A stretch of DNA of 64,000 nucleotides from Dicyema japonicum (lineage: Eukaryota > Animalia > Dicyemida), in NCBI GenBank assembly GCA_011109175.1, contig RDEW01000005.1, forward strand, positions 678,335 to 742,334. The letters run 5' to 3'. Position 1 is the stretch's first letter. Each line of letters opens with the position of its first letter. Position numbers and translations under genes: made by a program. Below the pieces are notes generated by a model that searched no databases, was not told the origin of the DNA, and saw only the letters and a program-made list of their open reading frames with translations. This document shows, in pieces, positions 61,747 to 64,000 of this stretch.

Positions 61747-63441
61747 TCAATGACAGTCAGTTGAGGTATTTCTGCTTTGAACAAAATATTTAAAGCCCAG
61801 TCCAACCGCGATCAATACAACCGACAAAATTGGGCCAAAATAATAAAAAGAATTCCAAATGGGAATAATATCTTCATAATCTTGGAGGATAAACGCAATA
61901 GACAAAAACCCCATTTGAGTCGTACGGCTAAACCAAAGGAACCTGTTAATAACCAAAAATGATAAAACCCATTGAATAAAAAATGACTCCACTTGGGTAT
62001 CAACCCATAAGTATGAGATACGAAGATCCTCTCAGACAACAACGAAACCGGGAAAAACAAAAATCCCATGAAATATCCAGGTTTCAGTCCATGCCAGTAA
62101 GCACTTATAAAAAGTGTAGCGAAAGACCGTAATCTAAGTAGAAATGTAGAAAGTATAAAAGTGTTAAATTTAAATTTATTTAATTTAAAAAATAATTGAA
62201 AATTGAATATATTTAAAATAAATAATTAAAAATGAAATAAAAAACCCGCCAAGAATAAGACATTGTGAGCAAGTAACTTTATTAACTTTTTAAATCTGCT
62301 ATAAACTGTAAAAACAAGCCAAAATTGGACAGTTCTATTCCATATTCTTGTAACTCCTTGAATCGAGGGTTCACTTTCACATTTAAAGACATCAATATTG
62401 TTCACAGTCTCGTAATTATACTCGTTGGCCTCTTCAAAGTCGACATCAAAAGATGTAGGCCCATATCCGACCTTAGGGCGACTTTCAACGGGGTAGGCTC
62501 CCAGACCGCAGCTCACACAAGCCAGCTTGGCCAAAATCCAAGCAAAGTAAAATTTTAGCCTCAAAGAGAAGAACACCACCATAACGTAGCAATACTTATA
62601 GAGAAATCTCGAATCGACGAATTCCTTAGTCCGTTCGTACTAAATTAAGTCATTAGTGACACCTTGACTGGGAACAGTACAGCCAGCGTAATATAAAGGG
62701 GTATTATCAGAGCCAACATCTTCAAGCCTGCCAAGACATAATCTCTCACAAATAGTCTTTCGAATCCCTTTCGGTTAATCACGTGGGAGAAACAGCGCAT
62801 AGTAAAGTACGGCCCTGAAATAGCCAAAGCGGCAAACCGCTGTAAAGTCCAATGAAGCAGAACGTGTAGCAGAAAAGGGGGGAGAAATCCATCTCGATGA
62901 AGTGATTCTTAAACTTAAGCTGATTAGCGTCCCCATCCAGAAAATCCGTTTCTTTCCATTCCATCTTACACCCCGATCGCAGTGCCTTCCAAAATCGCCC
63001 ACGTGATTGTGAACTTAGTAAGTTCGCCAAATCGTGAAATTCAAAGCTGGAGCCGATTATCTGAGATTATATTACTTAAACTCGCAAAGTAGTCAGCAGC
63101 AGGATCACGTTCCCCAATCTGTGCAGTTGTAAGTACTCCAAAACAATCAAAAGTCGCAATACTCCAATTATTAGGAAACACCAAATGAAACTACATAGAG
63201 CCAGAAATCTTAAATATTTAAATTTGATAAACTCGGTATGGAACTTCTTTAAAATTATATAATTCCCACAAAACATGACGAAAATGAAGTAAAAATATAC
63301 AGGAGAGGTCATCATTGTAGCCATGAAACCACATAATCCGATAAAATTGAGACGAGCTTTTCCATGGTTAATGAAACGGGAAAAGTATCCAATAAAAATG
63401 GACCCAACAAATATTAAAAAATAAATCGTTTCGTCTTTCAT
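61747..63441 (-). CDS. MBOAT7: Lysophosphatidylinositol acyltransferase (MBOAT7/LPIAT1)
   Basis: VFFSLRLKFYFAW...GLGAYP...GPT...EYNYETVNNID...WNRTVQFWL and YWHGLKPGY, as in MBOAT7. Confidence 0.9.
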
Positions 63442-63657
63442 TAGAATCCACCAGACGGGCTCTTCATTATTAATGTTAATTTATTCCAATTTTTGAAATA
63501 AAATTATTTTTAAATAATATAAACTTATTTAAAAAAAATATTTTTAGTCGCAAACTTATCAGTATGTAATAAAAATATTAATAATATAAATAAAAAATAA
63601 AATTAATTTTAAAAATATTTTCATCATTTGTTTATGTTGAACAAATTGCATAATTTA
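63442..63657. promoter_or_regulatory. Probable bidirectional promoter between MBOAT7 and RING1-like
   Basis: 216 bp, almost purely AT, separating two head-to-head start codons. Confidence 0.45.
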
Positions 63658-64000
63658 ATGCCATCGACGTCATGTTTGTCTGAAATCTTCATCGAAATGA
63701 AGTGCCCCATTTGCTTGGACTTCCTTACGGAAACTTATATCAGCAAAGGCTGTCTTCATAGATTTTGCAAAGTTTGGCGTTGATTTTATGCAGGAATGTA
63801 TTTTCACGTGCATTGAGTCTGGTCTTAGAGAATGCGCCATATGTAGGACTAAAATTATCTCCAAGAGGTCCTTGAGGCCGGATAGGAGGATGGACAAACT
63901 CATAAATAACATTCGGCCCTTTCACGTCTCAAATTCTGAAGTAAGCACGTGTTTCTCACAAGGACTCGACAATTTCGAAAATTTTTGTTAGACTCGCCCC
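63658..64000 (+). CDS. RNF2: RING1/RNF2-like Polycomb PRC1 E3 ligase (runs off the window)
   Basis: CPICLD.L..T...K.CLHRFC|.ECI....SG..EC.ICR.K..SKRSLRPD; two 22 nt introns. Confidence 0.82.

Overview
This is an AT-rich animal nuclear genome segment, not prokaryotic, and it has no CRISPR arrays or rRNA. Host genes are interrupted by ultrashort 20-26 nt spliceosomal introns (mode about 23 nt) and a few 60-100 nt near-pure-AT introns. That pattern best fits a dicyemid mesozoan (my inference; the taxon is not proven). Recognisable host genes: METAP1, UQCC4/C16orf91-like, SMAD4, FIG4, SMIM8, USP14, PSMG4, a lamin-tail-domain intermediate filament protein, G-alpha-s, FZR1/Cdh1, TMEM186, a globin, MBOAT7 and a RING1-like PRC1 E3. 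A roughly 19 kb transposon nest (about 4.7-23.9 kb) and scattered fragments contain pogo/Tigger, CRE-like, R4-like, RTE, Ingi/Vingi-like and Ginger/rve-type elements. Most striking observations: (1) the palindrome CACGTG occurs 45 times by hand count versus about 7 expected. It is concentrated in host genes, appears in all three codon frames, and even replaces a near-invariant Gly in the USP14 Cys box, while it is absent from the younger retroelements. (2) A full-length Vingi-like LINE starts with an HDV-like ribozyme fold, followed by an AUG-less leader and a 2A StopGo motif. (3) A roughly 240 bp short-element family carries a similar fold, and one copy has a perfect 41 bp target duplication. 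Several single-base homopolymer indels in conserved genes suggest long-read assembly errors. All counts, splice models and family assignments were made by eye and from memory, without database searches.
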